NCBI RefSeq assembly: GCF_006345805.1 | Contig: NW_021833023.1 | Span: 16,342-80,341 of the forward strand | Direction: 5' to 3' | Length of the DNA: 64,000 bases | From: Octopus sinensis | Taxonomy: Eukaryota | Part shown: positions 1 to 13,200 of the stretch, piece by piece | Layout: each line of letters begins with the position of its first letter | How positions within the stretch are numbered: position 1 is the first letter of the stretch | Program-made: the position numbers and the translations under genes | The notes under the pieces: model-generated | Seen by the model: the letters and a program-made list of their open reading frames with translations, nothing else | What the model was told of the DNA's origin: nothing | The model's database searches: none

Positions 1-697
1 ATTTATACTTGACAACGACTGTAAATTCCTGACCTAGAGTCCTATAGAGAATTAAGCATCTTAGTTTCTAACAGGATATGCACTCTTTTCAGCTAAACAA
101 AGCTTATATTTATTCGATCCATTAACATAAGTTATGGATTCTCAATTACTTCCCATCCAGTCAGATGTGGTGTTTCGTTTTCTTCCAAACTTAGCCAGTT
201 TCGTAGCTTTACTTTTGTCCTATGTCGGAAGGGATTATCTGATTGGCATAACGACTTTTAAATTCACCTTTAATAAGCAAAAGAATAAAAGAATAAAGAT
301 TATGTGCGTGTGTGTACATGCATACAAAAATACACACACATACACACGGATATGTACATAAGCGCACGCACACACACATTTAGGCGTATGGATTATTGTT
401 TTCGGTAAGTTGTGTCCACGAGAAAGACACTTCCAGTGCACTCATCTGAAAAGTACCAGCATTAACCAGGGTTAACATTGCGACAGACTGGTATCCTGTT
501 CAGTCGGGTGTGTTGTATCCTTGTGTGTTGAAATACGTTCGATACCGAGATATACTGGGGGCCTAATGAGCCTGTAGATCAGGCAGAGAATTTAGCTGAG
601 AAAATACTTTAATGTAGACATTCAGGCATGCGCAGTCAAGTGTTTGTGTAACGTTTATGGACTGAAAGTCGATATGAATATGACAAAAAAAGAAATA

Positions 698-1233
698 CCG
701 TATTTTCCGGTGTATAAGCCGCTATTTTTTACCTGGTAAATTTAGTGTGCCGCTTAGAGAAAGGTGCGCCTAATGTGTGTATCTTTTTTTATAAATTCTA
801 GGAGGAAAATAATTTGTGTATGGAGATCGAATGATTCCACTGATTTTTTCGGAGGAAAGGTCGGTCGATGAAAGACTATTGCTACAGTACATTGATGCCT
901 GGAAGAAAACAAAGCACGTTTATTTTGTTTTACCTTCAGGTTTTGATAATGATATTTTTTTTATCTAATAAAGAATTTAATAGTGACGGAATGTGTTTGT
1001 TGCTGATTATAGTAAGATAAAATCAAAAAATCAACAATACATCTCATAGTTGAAGAATAAAACATTTTGAAACTACATACACATCAACAATAACAAAGCT
1101 AGCTGCGGACCCGTGGTTCCATAAGTCTTTATAAAACACCGGTATGCTTTATGTGCGGATAAAACCATAATTTTCCCCAAAATTCGGCTGAGCGGCTTCA
1201 ATGCCGACGCGTTTTATAGACCGGAAAATACGG
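698..1233. mobile_element. Tc1/mariner-superfamily (pogo/Tc2-like) MITE
   Basis: TIRs CCGTATTTTCCGGTGTATAA / TTATAGACCGGAAAATACGG flanked by TA on both sides. No ORF. Confidence 0.8.
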
Positions 1234-1407
1234 TACTTAGTTTCTTGATTGGATTGTAGCTGTTTGTGAAATGTTTATTACTGGATTAAGTTCATTGCTG
1301 GATTATTGGCAGTTGAAAGACCTGAGTACAAATGAGTACAAATCTAATCCCCTAGATATATCTTGCAAAATTTCGACTTTTTACTGGAATTATTTATATT
1401 ATTTATA

Positions 1408-1596
1408 TTCGATCTTGTTTGGTGTTAACACAACATTTTCGACTGATACACCCTCCAGCCTTCTTCAGGTGTCTTGGGGACAATTTCGAACCTGGATTTT
1501 CATTGTTATTATTATTGTTCAGGTTACTGCTTGGAATCGAACTCGGAATCTTGGTGTTAGTAGCCCGCGCTCTTAAAAACTACGCCATATGCCCAT
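1408..1596 (-). mobile_element. tRNA-headed short element ending in a hammerhead-ribozyme motif (copy 1)
   Basis: Minus strand: GGGCATATGGCGTAG...GTTCGATTCC head (B box intact), (AAT)n, then GACAC-CTGAAGA-A-GGCTG/CAGTC-GAAA-ATGTT-GTGTT. Confidence 0.7.
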
Positions 1597-1619
1597 AGGC
1601 AATTATGGAGTGAATTTTA

Positions 1620-2925
1620 GGGCTTATAAATCTAATATTTTTCTATCCTTCCTTAATACCGGTTCTCATATGCTGCTCATATCTGCACTCTGTCTGCTTA
1701 GGGGGTTGTTGTGTCTTAGCTGCTTCTTTTAGTTTTCGTATTTTCCAGTTGTGTTCTCTGTCTATTATTTTAACTTCATCCTACAGGGGGAGGTGGTCTC
1801 CATTTTTTCCATACATGATCAGCTATACCCGATTTATCAATATCTCCTCGTGAGGGGGCGGCATGTGTCGCCTTTGTATAACCTACCACAACTGCATGGG
1901 ATGGAGTACACGCAGTCTTTGGTCAAATTCTCTTCTATTGGTGGTTTTACTCAAAGGATTTATTTGCGAAGTGTTGTAGTACTCTTGAATACTGTCCTGA
2001 TGTCATATGGGCCGCATATGTTTCGTATCTTTTCGGAGAGGCCTTTCACATAGGGTAGACAGACTTTAGACAGTTTATTGGCCTTATCCTCTCTTTTCTT
2101 CATAACTGGAGTGGATAGTATACTTTTGTGGTAGTTGTTGCTTAACAGATCGTTATTGAGCTTGGTGTTATCACGATCGCTACTTATATTTTTTTGCACG
2201 ATGTTTTAGGCACTGAGCAATCCCTCCCTTTACACAGTATGAATGTAGGAATTGAAGTTGAAGTATCGTCCGGTAAAGGTCGGCTTGCGGTATACGGATG
2301 TCCTGAATCCATACTTGGTGCGTGTTATTAATACGTCCAAGAATGCCAACTGATTGTCTGTTTCCTTTTCCCTTGTTAACTGTATGGATGGCTCTATTGA
2401 CTTCACATGATCTAACAGCACTTGGACATCTTCCTGGTGGGGCCAGAGTATAAAGGTGTCATTAACATATAGTAGCCATGGTGTTGGTGTTAGTGATGTT
2501 GATCCTAAAGCCAAATTCTCAATGTATTCCATGTATATATTGGCTATTACCAGTGATAATGGCGAACCCATAGCTAAACCCTCTTCTTGTCGATAAATAT
2601 CAGTGTCCATACTGAAGTAGGTAGTTTCTACACAGAAGGTCAACATTTCCATCAAGTTTCTTATTGGTATACTAGTGCGTTCTTTTAGATGGGTGTCTGT
2701 CACTAGTTTTTCTTGTATCACCGAGAGTGCTTCACCAGTTGGGACTTTGGTGAACAGACTTATCACATCTAGACTCAGCATCTGGTTGGATTCAATGGGG
2801 GTGTCCTTGATCAATTCTGTGAAGTAGGTGGAATTCTTCACGTACGCTGTTGACTTTCCTGTTAATGGACTGATTATATCCACAAAGAAGCGGCTCAGTG
2901 TTTTTTGCGGAATGTTTAAAATAAC
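1620..2925 (-). mobile_element. Penelope-like element, 5'-truncated and decayed (RT + GIY-YIG)
   Basis: ORF 2230-2937 has VKNS, SLDVISLFTKVP, GLAMGSPLS and YVNDTF RT motifs. Downstream LPYVKGLSE and CVYSIPCSCGRLYKG are GIY-YIG motifs. Confidence 0.9.
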
Positions 2926-3129
2926 TGATAAAATCACAGCGTCTCCAGGCGCTATTTGAACTTAGACTGTAGTATTCCAGTATTACATCTAAAAAACGAA
3001 GATAGCCACAAGTCAGATTAAACCCTTTATTTAACAAATTTAAAGCTTACATTGATATCATGAAATTAGAAATAGGAAAGAATATCAATAAAGCTTGAAA
3101 TCAAATGAAACTAAAAAGGCATCGGAGGG

Positions 3130-3478
3130 GCGATGCATACCCTACACGCAGTTAATCATTTTTGTGGTCTTGGTCAGCTTATTGTTGTCCCATGCCCGTT
3201 TGGAGAGTTGGGCCATCACAGCAGCTGCCTTGCCTATGTGTATATTGAGCTCGACGGTAGAGCCAAGATAGGTAAACTGCTCCACCTCCTGTAGTCTGTG
3301 GTCTCCAATATGTATGTTTGGGATGTCCGATATAGCCTGAACCATGATGCTGGTCTTCTTGAGGCTGATAACTAAGCCAAAGTCACTACATGCTTGCTCA
3401 AAACAGTTGATGAACCTTTGTAGGACTTCTTCTGTATGTGATACCAGAGCGGCATCATCAGCAAACTTAGTGATGAGG
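3130..3478 (-). mobile_element. RTE (BovB-like) LINE RT fragment
   Basis: FADDAALVSH, FGLVISLKKT, VEQFTYLGST motifs. Confidence 0.8.
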
Positions 3479-3479
3479 T

Positions 3480-5390
3480 GAGGCTGTTTAATGAACGCAT
3501 CGTGAAATCAGTGAGGAAAACGATTGGCTTGAAGGCGGTTGGGATGTCAAACGAGTGCTGGAGAACGTGTGAAATTGTCAAAGCAGGAAAGAAAGGGATG
3601 CTATCCGCGAAAGAGTGGGGATTCACAAAAATGAGTTCCGGGTGCAAGATGAGAATTGAAAGGGTTGATCAAAGAAAGAAAGCTGGAGATTTGGCAAAGG
3701 AAGGTAATATCTATGAAAGGAACACACAAATGTGGAGAGTTCTGCGCAGTCTGACTAACCCATGTAGAGAAGACCCAGCAGGAATAATCACAGAGGCAGT
3801 GAAAAAGTATGTTACTCATCTTGAGAAGGCGAATGGTTTTGTGAGGTACTACCAGTCTGCAAGTTCCCTCAAGATTATACAAAGAAGACAGAGGCATGAA
3901 AGGTATAACAAATGGTTTTCTCAATAAGCACCAAGATGACTCTGAAAAGGCAAAGAGTTCACTAAAGCGAGATCACAGCAGCAATCAATAGTCTGAATCC
4001 TTCCAAAGCAGCGGGTCCAGATTATATTCACCCACGCCTTCTGTATCACATTGGGAGCAATGCCCTAAAAGCTCTAACAGACATCTACAACAAGTCCTGG
4101 GCCTCACTCCAAGTCCCGCAGGAATGGCGCAATGCAGACGTATGGCCTATGCCCAACCTGGGGAAAATCCCGAACCAATTTTCCAGTTATAGGCCGATCT
4201 CGCTTACCTCAGTAGTGGGAAAGGTGATGGATTGTGGTACATCATAGAAAGTTACAGGCTCTTAACCGAAGATCAAGCAGGTTTTAGGCCGAGAAGGAGT
4301 ACCGAAGATCAACTCCTCAGATTGTCCCAGAAGATTAATGATGGCTTCCAACAGAAACCAATGGCAAGAATGGTGACGGCATTGATTGATTTCTCAGAAG
4401 CATATATGGGGTTTGGTGGGATGCTTTAATCAATAAGATGGCAAAGAAGGGAATGCGAATACATATCATCAGAAGGACCCACGTGTGGCTGGCAAACAGA
4501 ATGAACTGGGTTTCGTATGAGGGCAAGCGAAGCAAGAAGCTGGTATTCAAGCAAGGTGTACCTCAGGGTTCGGTGCTTTCTCCGCTACTTTTCCTGCTCT
4601 ACATTGATGACTTGGCCGATGAAATGCAAGACCTTAGCATAAGCATTTTTGCTGATGATGTGGCTTTGTGGAAACAGCACCCAAGCTTGGCTATTGCAGA
4701 AAGGCATTACAAGGCAGGTTAACAGATTGGCAGAAAGGCGTGCTAAGTGGAAAATGACGATTTCCGTCCCAAAGTCAGAATGTACCTTCTTCTCGACCAA
4801 CTCACATGAAGCAAGCTGGAGACCTAACCTAGAGCTAGAAGGCAACCAGTTGAGTTACAACCCAACCCCAAAGTTTCTCAGGGTCACATACGACCACCAA
4901 CTCACCTTTACCGCCATACAAACATTGTTTTGCAACAAGGTGAAGTGACAGGCACAGCTATATGCAGATTGGCAAATACAGATTGGGGATATGATAAGGA
5001 AACTCTTCAAGCTACCTATATCACAGTAAGAAGATCCATTATTGAGTATGCAGCGCCACCTTAGGACGCCTTGGATCTCGATCACAGCCACGGAGAAATT
5101 GGAGGCGAACCAGCGGTATGCCGGTCGGGCAATTACTGGTCACGTGCACACCACATCCACGGGAAGCGATGTTGGCCAAAGCAAACCTACCTCTGATTGC
5201 AACTCGTACAACCCAGCTAAGCGTTATCACTCTGGAGAAGTCATATCAAGTCGGCCAAGATAACCCTCGCCAGTTAATTGCGGAAAGGGAAATTCAACAG
5301 TGAACGAAGAGTTGGAGAGAGAAAGCCAAGGAAGCATGGTCCTCCCGGTTCGAGGAAAGCAAGCCACAAAAGCTGACCATAAACATCACT
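3480..5390 (+). mobile_element. Decayed non-LTR retrotransposon ORF2 (I/Ingi/Jockey-group-like RT)
   Basis: [48 protein letters not shown] and PKFLRVTYD motifs across several frameshifts. Confidence 0.85.
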
Positions 5391-5496
5391 GAAATATTAA
5401 AACATTGTTATCACGGTAAGATTCATTATAGCAATATTAATTCTTACATGCTAATGTAAGAGTTATCATTATTATTATTATTATTATTATTATTCA

Positions 5497-6345
5497 GCAT
5501 TTGGTAGTTTCAGGCAAATTTCTCTACTACATCATCTGCTACAACCCCCGTGTTACTGAGGTGTGTGCAGCATTGTGTGTTCTTTTTTGTGGTTGGGAGA
5601 GTGCAAACTCTCTCCAGTATTGTACTGTACCATTTTCTTTTCTTATGGGATCTGGTTGCAGTCTTTTGTTGTATAAGTGTTTGTATTGTGCATGTAATTC
5701 GAGTTGTGTATCCAGTCTTCTGATGGTTGTTTATTTTATTGGATATTTGTTATATGGAATGTGTCTTGTGTTTATAGAGTGTTTTATTTGGTTGTATTAC
5801 TAAATTAATAGTGCCTCGCTGTTTCTAGCAGGGTTATTTTTGGGATAGTATATGGTATTGAGGATCCTGGCATATTTTTTTTCATATGTTTTCTTTTCCG
5901 TATCATGGCCACTACTCCAATCATTACAAGTGTTGTTTTCAACTTCATGCCCCACATCTTGAATACTCCAATTTCCATGTCTTTGTACTTTGACAATTTC
6001 TCCACTTCTTTTTTTGAGAAACATTTTGGTCAGAAGGGACTGCAATATCTATTAGGAAGTTGGTGATTTTTTTGTTTTCCAATAGTTTAGTATTGTGTCT
6101 GGGTGATTATCTGTTATTTCTTTGTCGGTTTGAACCGGCATATTCCAGATGATTGTGGCTGGCCATTGTCTTGTACCTTGTTTGGCACATGTTTATACCA
6201 TTTATTGTCAGTTGTTATGTTGTAGTGTTTGGCATATTGTCCACTGGACATAACTATTTACTTGGTCATGTCTGTATATGTATATATTCAAGATACTGGA
6301 AGCCGAATGTGTCTTTCTGGCACCTCAATCACTCAGAGACAGAGT
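5497..6345 (-). mobile_element. R4/Dong-like (restriction-like endonuclease) LINE 3' fragment with (TAA)n tail
   Basis: [11 protein letters not shown]...W.MK..T.LV.IG motif. Ends in an (ATT)n run at about 5465-5495. Confidence 0.8.
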
Positions 6346-6349
6346 TAGC

Positions 6350-7450
6350 AAGCTAGCCCATTGGAGGTTGTTGGGTGTAATCGTCCACAGCTATTTGAGA
6401 GGAGGCATTAATGTTTAGTAAAAGAATAGTGTTAGAGGTGCTTAGAAGAAGCATAGCGACCGACTTGCTGGTGGCAAGATTGGCTTTTGATCAATTCTTC
6501 AATGCCAAGCATGAAGGTTGTGTTCTCATAGCAAGGGTGCATGAACTAAGACACAAGGAATGAAATCAGTTTGATGAGCCCAGGCGACAGAGGTGCAATG
6601 TGGCAGCAGCAAGGCCACAATTCAGTCTTTGACGAGACAGGACAGGTACATGCTGCAAGAAACCAGGCGGGTGTGTTTGGAACTGTGCGGAGCATGCAGT
6701 GAGTCAGAGACAAGGGTGGATTTCACTGCCTCCCTTCATAGTAAGTCACTCCTTTCGCCCAGGGATGAAGAGTTCTGCAAAATGCCAATAACAGCTGAAG
6801 ACACATGGGATGCGATCACAAGCTGCACAAGGGAGTGGATGGTCTACCATTTGTCAGACTTCTTCTTGGCAGTTGTCTACCACAAATGGCAGCAGAACAA
6901 GAGAATTCTCAATACTGTGAGCTATGTGGTACAGTGATACTGCTGAGAAAGAACCTGAACAAGGTGGTCCAAGTAGACAATTTTAGGATTGTAGCTCGAC
7001 TGAAAGCAGATTACAAGATTTAAAAGTGAAAGTGTTAGGCATGAGGTTAGTGATGGTTATCGATATGACTAGATTGCTGACATCCTGGTATGTGCTATGC
7101 CAAACAGACGACCTATTCATGACAACCTCCACCTCAAACGCTACAGCATAGAGAGGCTGGGTAAGGAACCTGGCATGGGTGGGGCTTTTGACTTGTTCAA
7201 GTTCCACTTGAAAAGGAGATTGAGGGAGGAGAGGGAAGTGCTGCTCCCCAGTATTTATGTTGAAAGGGGAGTGAATGTGGCAAAGATAACCCATATGAAT
7301 GGATCAACTCTGAACATGGAATTGAAGAGAGAGGCACCTGCTAACATGCGCTTGACAGTCAGGATGACCAGGATGTGTGGGGTTCCTTGGTTGGCCCTGA
7401 GTGAAACTCCTCCTCTGAGGGATTTGATTGATTTTTTGCTGTTATTTCTT
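6350..7450 (+). mobile_element. Tx1/L1-like LINE ORF2 fragments
   Basis: PITAED.WDAITSC, DGLPF, DNFRI..LKADYKI and IHDNLHL.RY.IER motifs. Confidence 0.7.
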
Positions 7451-7504
7451 CTTGTTTTTTGAGTATCCACATATTTTTATGCTAAGACCCACTCATCTCT
7501 TATT

Positions 7505-8215
7505 TTGTATTGTCCATTTTTGTTTTGTGTTCAGCCCTGGTGGCCAAAAGAAAATTATACGCAAGCAGCCATCTCAGTCATGTCAGGGTCACCAATTTTT
7601 TAATTAGATTGTTTGTTATGATGTGTTACTTTTATGGGGCTACATGTTTAAATGCCTTTTTTTGTTGGAGCTCCTGGAGTCTTGCATGTGTAGCAGGCTT
7701 GCTGTCTGCAGCCTATGGTATCATGTTATTCGTTCCTTTCAGCTATCTAATACTTCCTTGATTATTCTGGTTGTGCCAAGGAGGCAACCTTTGTAACAAT
7801 TCTACTGGGCACTCTATTCCAATTTCCTTTATTTCCTCTTGATGCCTTCTGGTATTGTCCCAAGGACCCAACAATAATTGGCACTATCTTCACACCTTCT
7901 TCATTTCCATAGCCGGGCTATTTCGTACTTAAGAGGGTTGTATCTATGTATCTATCTTTTCGCCTTCCTGGTTGACTGTTCATGAGTCAAAGGGGCATGC
8001 ACTGTCAACTGTATAGCATATGTGATGCATCTTGTTGACCACCATTAGGTCTGATCTGTTTGGATTGGGAAATCCCAGAGGAATTTGCTGGTCTCTGACT
8101 CCACCACGCTTTCTGGTTTGTGCTCATATCATGTCTTGCCTCTCTCTAGCCTCCACTTTGTGCACAGTTTCCAATGTAGCACTTCCAATACCTGGTCATG
8201 TCACCACACTTGTAG
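7505..8215 (-). mobile_element. R4/Dong-like LINE 3' fragment
   Basis: HDQVLEVLHWKLC, WDFPIQTD, RPDL and IVPIIVGSLG remnants. Confidence 0.75.
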
Positions 8216-8764
8216 TGGTTTGGGGCATATTATTATTATTATTATATTATTATTACTATGATTGGGTGTTGGGCTGTCAGAAACACTAAAATACTGGCAA
8301 ATGCTTAGCAGCATTTCATCCATCTTTAAACTCTGACTTCAAATTCTGCTAAGGCTGACATTACCTGTCATCCTTTCGGAGCCTATAAAATAAGTACCAG
8401 TCGAGTACTGGAGTCCATGTAATTGACTATTCCCCTAAAATTTCAGGCCTTGCGCCCAGAGTAGAAACAACTACTACTACAACTATGATGATGGTGATAA
8501 CGTCAACGAGTTCAAATTCCAACAGGGTTGACTCCATCTGTTATTCTTTCAGGGCCAATAAAAGAAGTACCAGTCAGACACTAGGGGGGGGGGAGCACGA
8601 TTAACTTGTCCCCTCTACCAACATTTCAGGCCTTGTGCCTAGAGTAGAAAGGATTATCCTTACTATGATGATGTTGCTTTGCTTTTGTACGGACTGACTT
8701 CAAATCTCACCTGACGACCCCAAGAGACAGCAGGTTACAATTTCAAGCGGGCATTAGGAATAGG

Positions 8765-9385
8765 AGGGTTGATAACTGTCATATTCTTTGGGGGTTAAAT
8801 AAGAAGATTTGGCGCTTTAATTGTCTACCTTGGGTTTATAAGGATTCTTTTAGAACATGTGCTTTTGATAATGTGGAAAAAGATTGTTTTGGAGTTATAG
8901 AGAGACTATATTTCACAGAATCTGAGCAGTCTCCATCAGGACTATTTGCTTGAATTTCTTCCATTTTTGAATTCCTTGGGATTTGAGACAGGTAATAACC
9001 AGCCCTTTTCATTATTATTCATAAAGCACCTGCAACCATGGATATTGTTCAAGTCTTGAATTACCACATTTTGCCAATTCTATTGCAAATCTTTGTATGT
9101 GGTCAAATTTTAGTAGGTCTTCACAGATACATTCACATCAATTGGGACGTATTGATGTCGTGGCATGCTTGGCATCTGAAATCCTTCAGTATAATATCTG
9201 GTCTATTTGCATCTGTCTTTCTGTCAGTTTGAACAAAAAAAGTTCCATGTGAAAAAGATATCATTTTGAAGCACTGGAGATGGTTGTATTTCCACCAATT
9301 TCTATGATGGGGCAGGTACAATTCTTTGCACATTTTCTGGTTTGGGACTGGTTTTTGAAGTCCATAGCACTTCTATTTGATTTTG
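8765..9385 (-). mobile_element. R4/Dong-like LINE 3' fragment
   Basis: WNFFVQTDRKTDANRPDIILKD endonuclease motif. Confidence 0.75.
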
Positions 9386-9389
9386 TGCT

Positions 9390-10880
9390 TGTCATGTTGG
9401 CAGCAGTGGGTGGTTTGTTTTCTTTGAAGGCAGAAAGCCTTTAAGTGAGTCACAGATCCACATATATAACAGCTTTCATTCTTCTACAATCCCTGACAGG
9501 TGGGTGCCACCTGGGAGGTTTATTAGGTCAGACACCTTCTCAATATATGTTTGGTCAGTGTGTATGATCAATTCCATACCGATGCCTGACCAGTTTTGCT
9601 GCAGTATTTTCTTTTCCTTCATAATAGTCCTCTCTTCCTGCCAAAACGGAAGCTACAAACCAGGTGATGGATATTTCTGTCAGCATATTTCTCACGTTGT
9701 TAAAAGCAAGGCACTAGATGCAACAACTGGGGATTAAGAAGAGTTTTTCATTCCTCAATGTGGTCACAAAATGAAACCTGGCTTCTTCTTCAGTGCCAAA
9801 TTGCACTTCAATCAAGCCAAACTTCTGTAGTCACCCTATACAACAGCGCGCGCGCGCAACGCTCTCTCGCGAATACACGAAGTCCGAAAGAGGGAATTTT
9901 GCTGACGTGGCCTTAGCTGACGTGGCCTTGCTGACGTGGCCTTAGCAAGGGAGAGCGAGCCTTAACAAAGAGGCAGGGGAGCGTGAGCCTTAACAAAGAG
10001 GCAAGGGAGCGTAAAGGTTGACCATTAGCGTCCGACAGACAGCGACAGGCATTTCACCAAAGCAGACGTTTAATTCTCTCTCCGGTTTTGATAGCAGCAG
10101 TCTTTTGGCCGAAGACTTTTAACCTGAATTGTTGCAGTCAAATCATCTTCTTCACCCGGACGCCATTTTTGTACCCGTTCTGTTTTTGGCGGTTGAACAT
10201 TGTAAATATTACAATCGATTAACCTTCAGCCTTGCGTGCCCAGAACCAAGGACATCAGATATACCACTGATTTCTCACCGGTATAAAACAATAAAGTATA
10301 TCTATTTTTTACGTCTGCGTTTTGTGTTCTTTGACTGGTAGAGTCTGGATATAAAAGCAACGGAAAGTGATTGCACCAACTTGCACCCCAAAAGTGCAAG
10401 CGGAGATATTCACATATTCCTTACACTTCTTTCCTCGAGTGATGTGAATCTTGTATTCCCACACATGTCCAAGATATTCTTGAATTTGGGCTTCAGTAGC
10501 CTTTTCTACCTGGCATGATTTAACTCTGATGCAGTGGTAAATAACCATGTGTCTCCAAATGTTTTCAATCACCTCGAGTGGAGGGTTCAGGGCTTCTCTT
10601 CTTCCATTTCTTTCAGGCGCCAGTTTGAAATTTTCTTTATGCAGAACTCTTCCAGATTTCTTGAAGCACTCACAAAAGAAATCTCCTTTTCAGCAAACTT
10701 TTGTTGTGGCTGTAGCTACTTTAGCAGAGGCAGTGACAGTGGAAATGGAGGTGGTGGTGGTGTTTGCATTTGCTTTGAAATTTTATTTTGTTTTTCCCTT
10801 TCTTTACACTTGTTATCAGTCCTGTTGTTGTTGTTACTGAAACTGTCGAATGTCTTCTTGGATTGTTGATCTGTCAAACA
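9390..10880 (-). mobile_element. Tx1-like LINE ORF1 remnant with CCHC knuckle, split by a solo LTR
   Basis: The frame ...HITRGK/KFGLIEVQFGTEEEAR... rejoins across 9826-10425. CYICGSVTHLKAFC knuckle at about 9430-9472. Confidence 0.7.
9826..10425 (+). mobile_element. Solo LTR (600 bp, probably Ty3/gypsy-type)
   Basis: TGTA...TACA termini, 4-bp TSD CTTC (9822-9825 and 10426-10429), AATAAA near 10290, internal short tandem motifs. Orientation inferred from the polyA signal. Confidence 0.85.
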
Positions 10881-12229
10881 TTTCGAAGCTGCTGACAGGT
10901 AAATGTATTACCTGTGATGTTCGTTTTGGCTGGTGTGACGTCGCTACATCAATTACTGTAGTCAGTGCTACAGCAGTATCCTCTTTCTTTTCGGACAAAG
11001 TTTCTCTCTCTCTATTCGGCTAACATTATAATCAATTCTTTTTCTGCCATATTTCAAAATATTTGGAAAACAGTGAATTATTTGATTTTCCAAACAGTTT
11101 AAGACGGTTAAAAAATACCGGTACCCCCCACTCTGCAAAACAGGGGGTACCTCTAAACAGGAAATGGTGGCAGTGCATTCCAGGCAATGTGAACAACAAG
11201 ACTGTAACAATTAAAATGAATGGGGCCTTGGCAGATTGAAAAGACTGAAAACAGTCTTACCACTTATGAAGTTCCAGATTTCCCTGTCTTTCCAGTATGG
11301 CAGCGGCTGTTGTGAAAAAGGTGGGGTGAAGAGGAGAAGAATAAAAAGAATGAATGGCTTCAGTGACACATGTACGTACACCCATTGCATTGGTTAAAAA
11401 TAATTCATTTCAAATTTTCTGTGAGGAAACTCCAAAATTGATTCAAACACTCCTCGCCATTGCATTCCTCTGTCTAAAAGTTAAAATGAACAGCTTGTGT
11501 GCGAATGAACAGAGAAAATATGCTAGAAATAACAGCCAAATCTCACACAACTGCGATAACATAATGAAAGAAATATGGAATGAATCTACTGACCTTCTTT
11601 TCTGCAAAGGTTTCTTTCAGAGTAATTTCCTTCACAGTAATATGTGACAAAGTGAAATGAAAGTGTTTTTGTTTTGTTTTTTTAACAACTAAAACCTCCA
11701 CCATGTACGCTGTTGTAATTTGGCAGGGATAAACTTGGGCAATTTCATATCACCCGATGATCCAATGATATACTTCAACCGTCTTTTGATTCGAGACCCA
11801 TAGGCCTTAATTGTGTGTTTTAAAAGATACTAATTAATTACTCTGAAAGAAACCTTTGCAGAAAATAATTTTTGTGAATAGCCTTCCGTGTCTTCAGGAA
11901 TCTGGATATAATGTTGCAGCCTCCGCAAGAAATTTATGAAGTCGCTGGGTTGGTGGTGAGGCAGTCCTTAGGAAAAAGAACCGAGCAATGTACTGCTTCA
12001 GGTATTCAGGCCTCAATTCCAGATCGAATTATAAATGTTCTAGAGCATTCGCCATAAACGCTCAATATTTCGAGTGTGGACTGATGGGTTGACTGGATCA
12101 ACAAAATGTTGACTGTGGTTCACTTGATGGTGTGTATAGCCCAGGTTGTTGACCTCGGCGGAATTTGAACTCAGAACGTAGAGACATTAAGTACAACACG
12201 GAAGAGGAGGCGGCGAAAGCTTTAAAAGT

Positions 12230-13200
12230 AACGAGAACGAAAGAGGTGGTGATACAAGGTGACATTGCAAGACTTGCACAAAATAGCAGAGGAGGTGAAA
12301 TTAAGAGTTAGTGATGGAGGGAAGAGCTCCAACCTGTTACCAGTGTGGAGCAAGGGGGCACATGACAGCAAGGTGTGGCCCAGAACGACGAGAAAAATGA
12401 ACAGGAACAGCAGTGACAAGGGGCAACAAGCAGGAGCAAAATGTCGAAATGGCGACCCCAGTGAGTGAGTGACCAATGTCCAGAGAAGGTGGAGGAGGAA
12501 TATAATAAGGTAGTGAATAAGAAAAAGAAAAGGAAGGAATACGTGGACTCAAAGAGTCCAAAGAAGAAGGAAAATAAGCGGGAAGAGACACAGCAGGAGA
12601 TTCCAACAATGGCAACAAAGGAAACCAAAGTAGAAAACCAAGTGGAAACACAGGAACAATAAAAAAAAAAAGAAATAGCAGATGGTGACATATTCGAAAA
12701 AGACGGAAATTGAAAAACAGAATAACCAAAATGAAGACGGTAAACACAGAGAAGACAAACAAGGACAGACGGAGGGATTAAGTCGATTATATCGACCCCA
12801 GTACGTAACTGGTACTTAATTTATCGACCCCGAAAGGATGAAAGGCAAAGTCGACCTCGGTGGAATTTGAACTCAGAACGTAACGGCAGACGAAATACCG
12901 CCAAATATTTCGCCCGGCGTGCTAACGGTTCTGCTAGCTCGCCACCTTAGAAGTTAATAACAGAATATTATCCAGAGAAACACCCAAGGCAACTGTGATT
13001 GACAAGAAGGATGTGAAGAACTGGGAGAATTATTTGGAAATAAGATCGACCCAGAAGAAGAACGCGTGGAGTCTGATGACTTGCCGCCAGTGATAGATTA
13101 TGAGGACCAAATACCGTACATAAAAGGGTACGGAAAAGCAAATTAATGACTGATACAAAAGGAATAAAAGAGAAAAAGAAAACATTTAACTAAAACATTT
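12230..13200 (+). mobile_element. Tx1-like LINE ORF1 remnant (second copy), interrupted by a SINE at about 12745-12945
   Basis: TCYQCGARGHMTARC CCHC knuckle starting at 12335, followed by a Lys/Glu-rich low-complexity tail. Confidence 0.65.

Noticed and set aside
11118-11150. GC hairpin GGTACCCCCC...GGGGGTACC as a Helitron 3' end or terminator
   Set aside because: No CTRR end at the expected distance, and bacterial-type terminators are irrelevant here.
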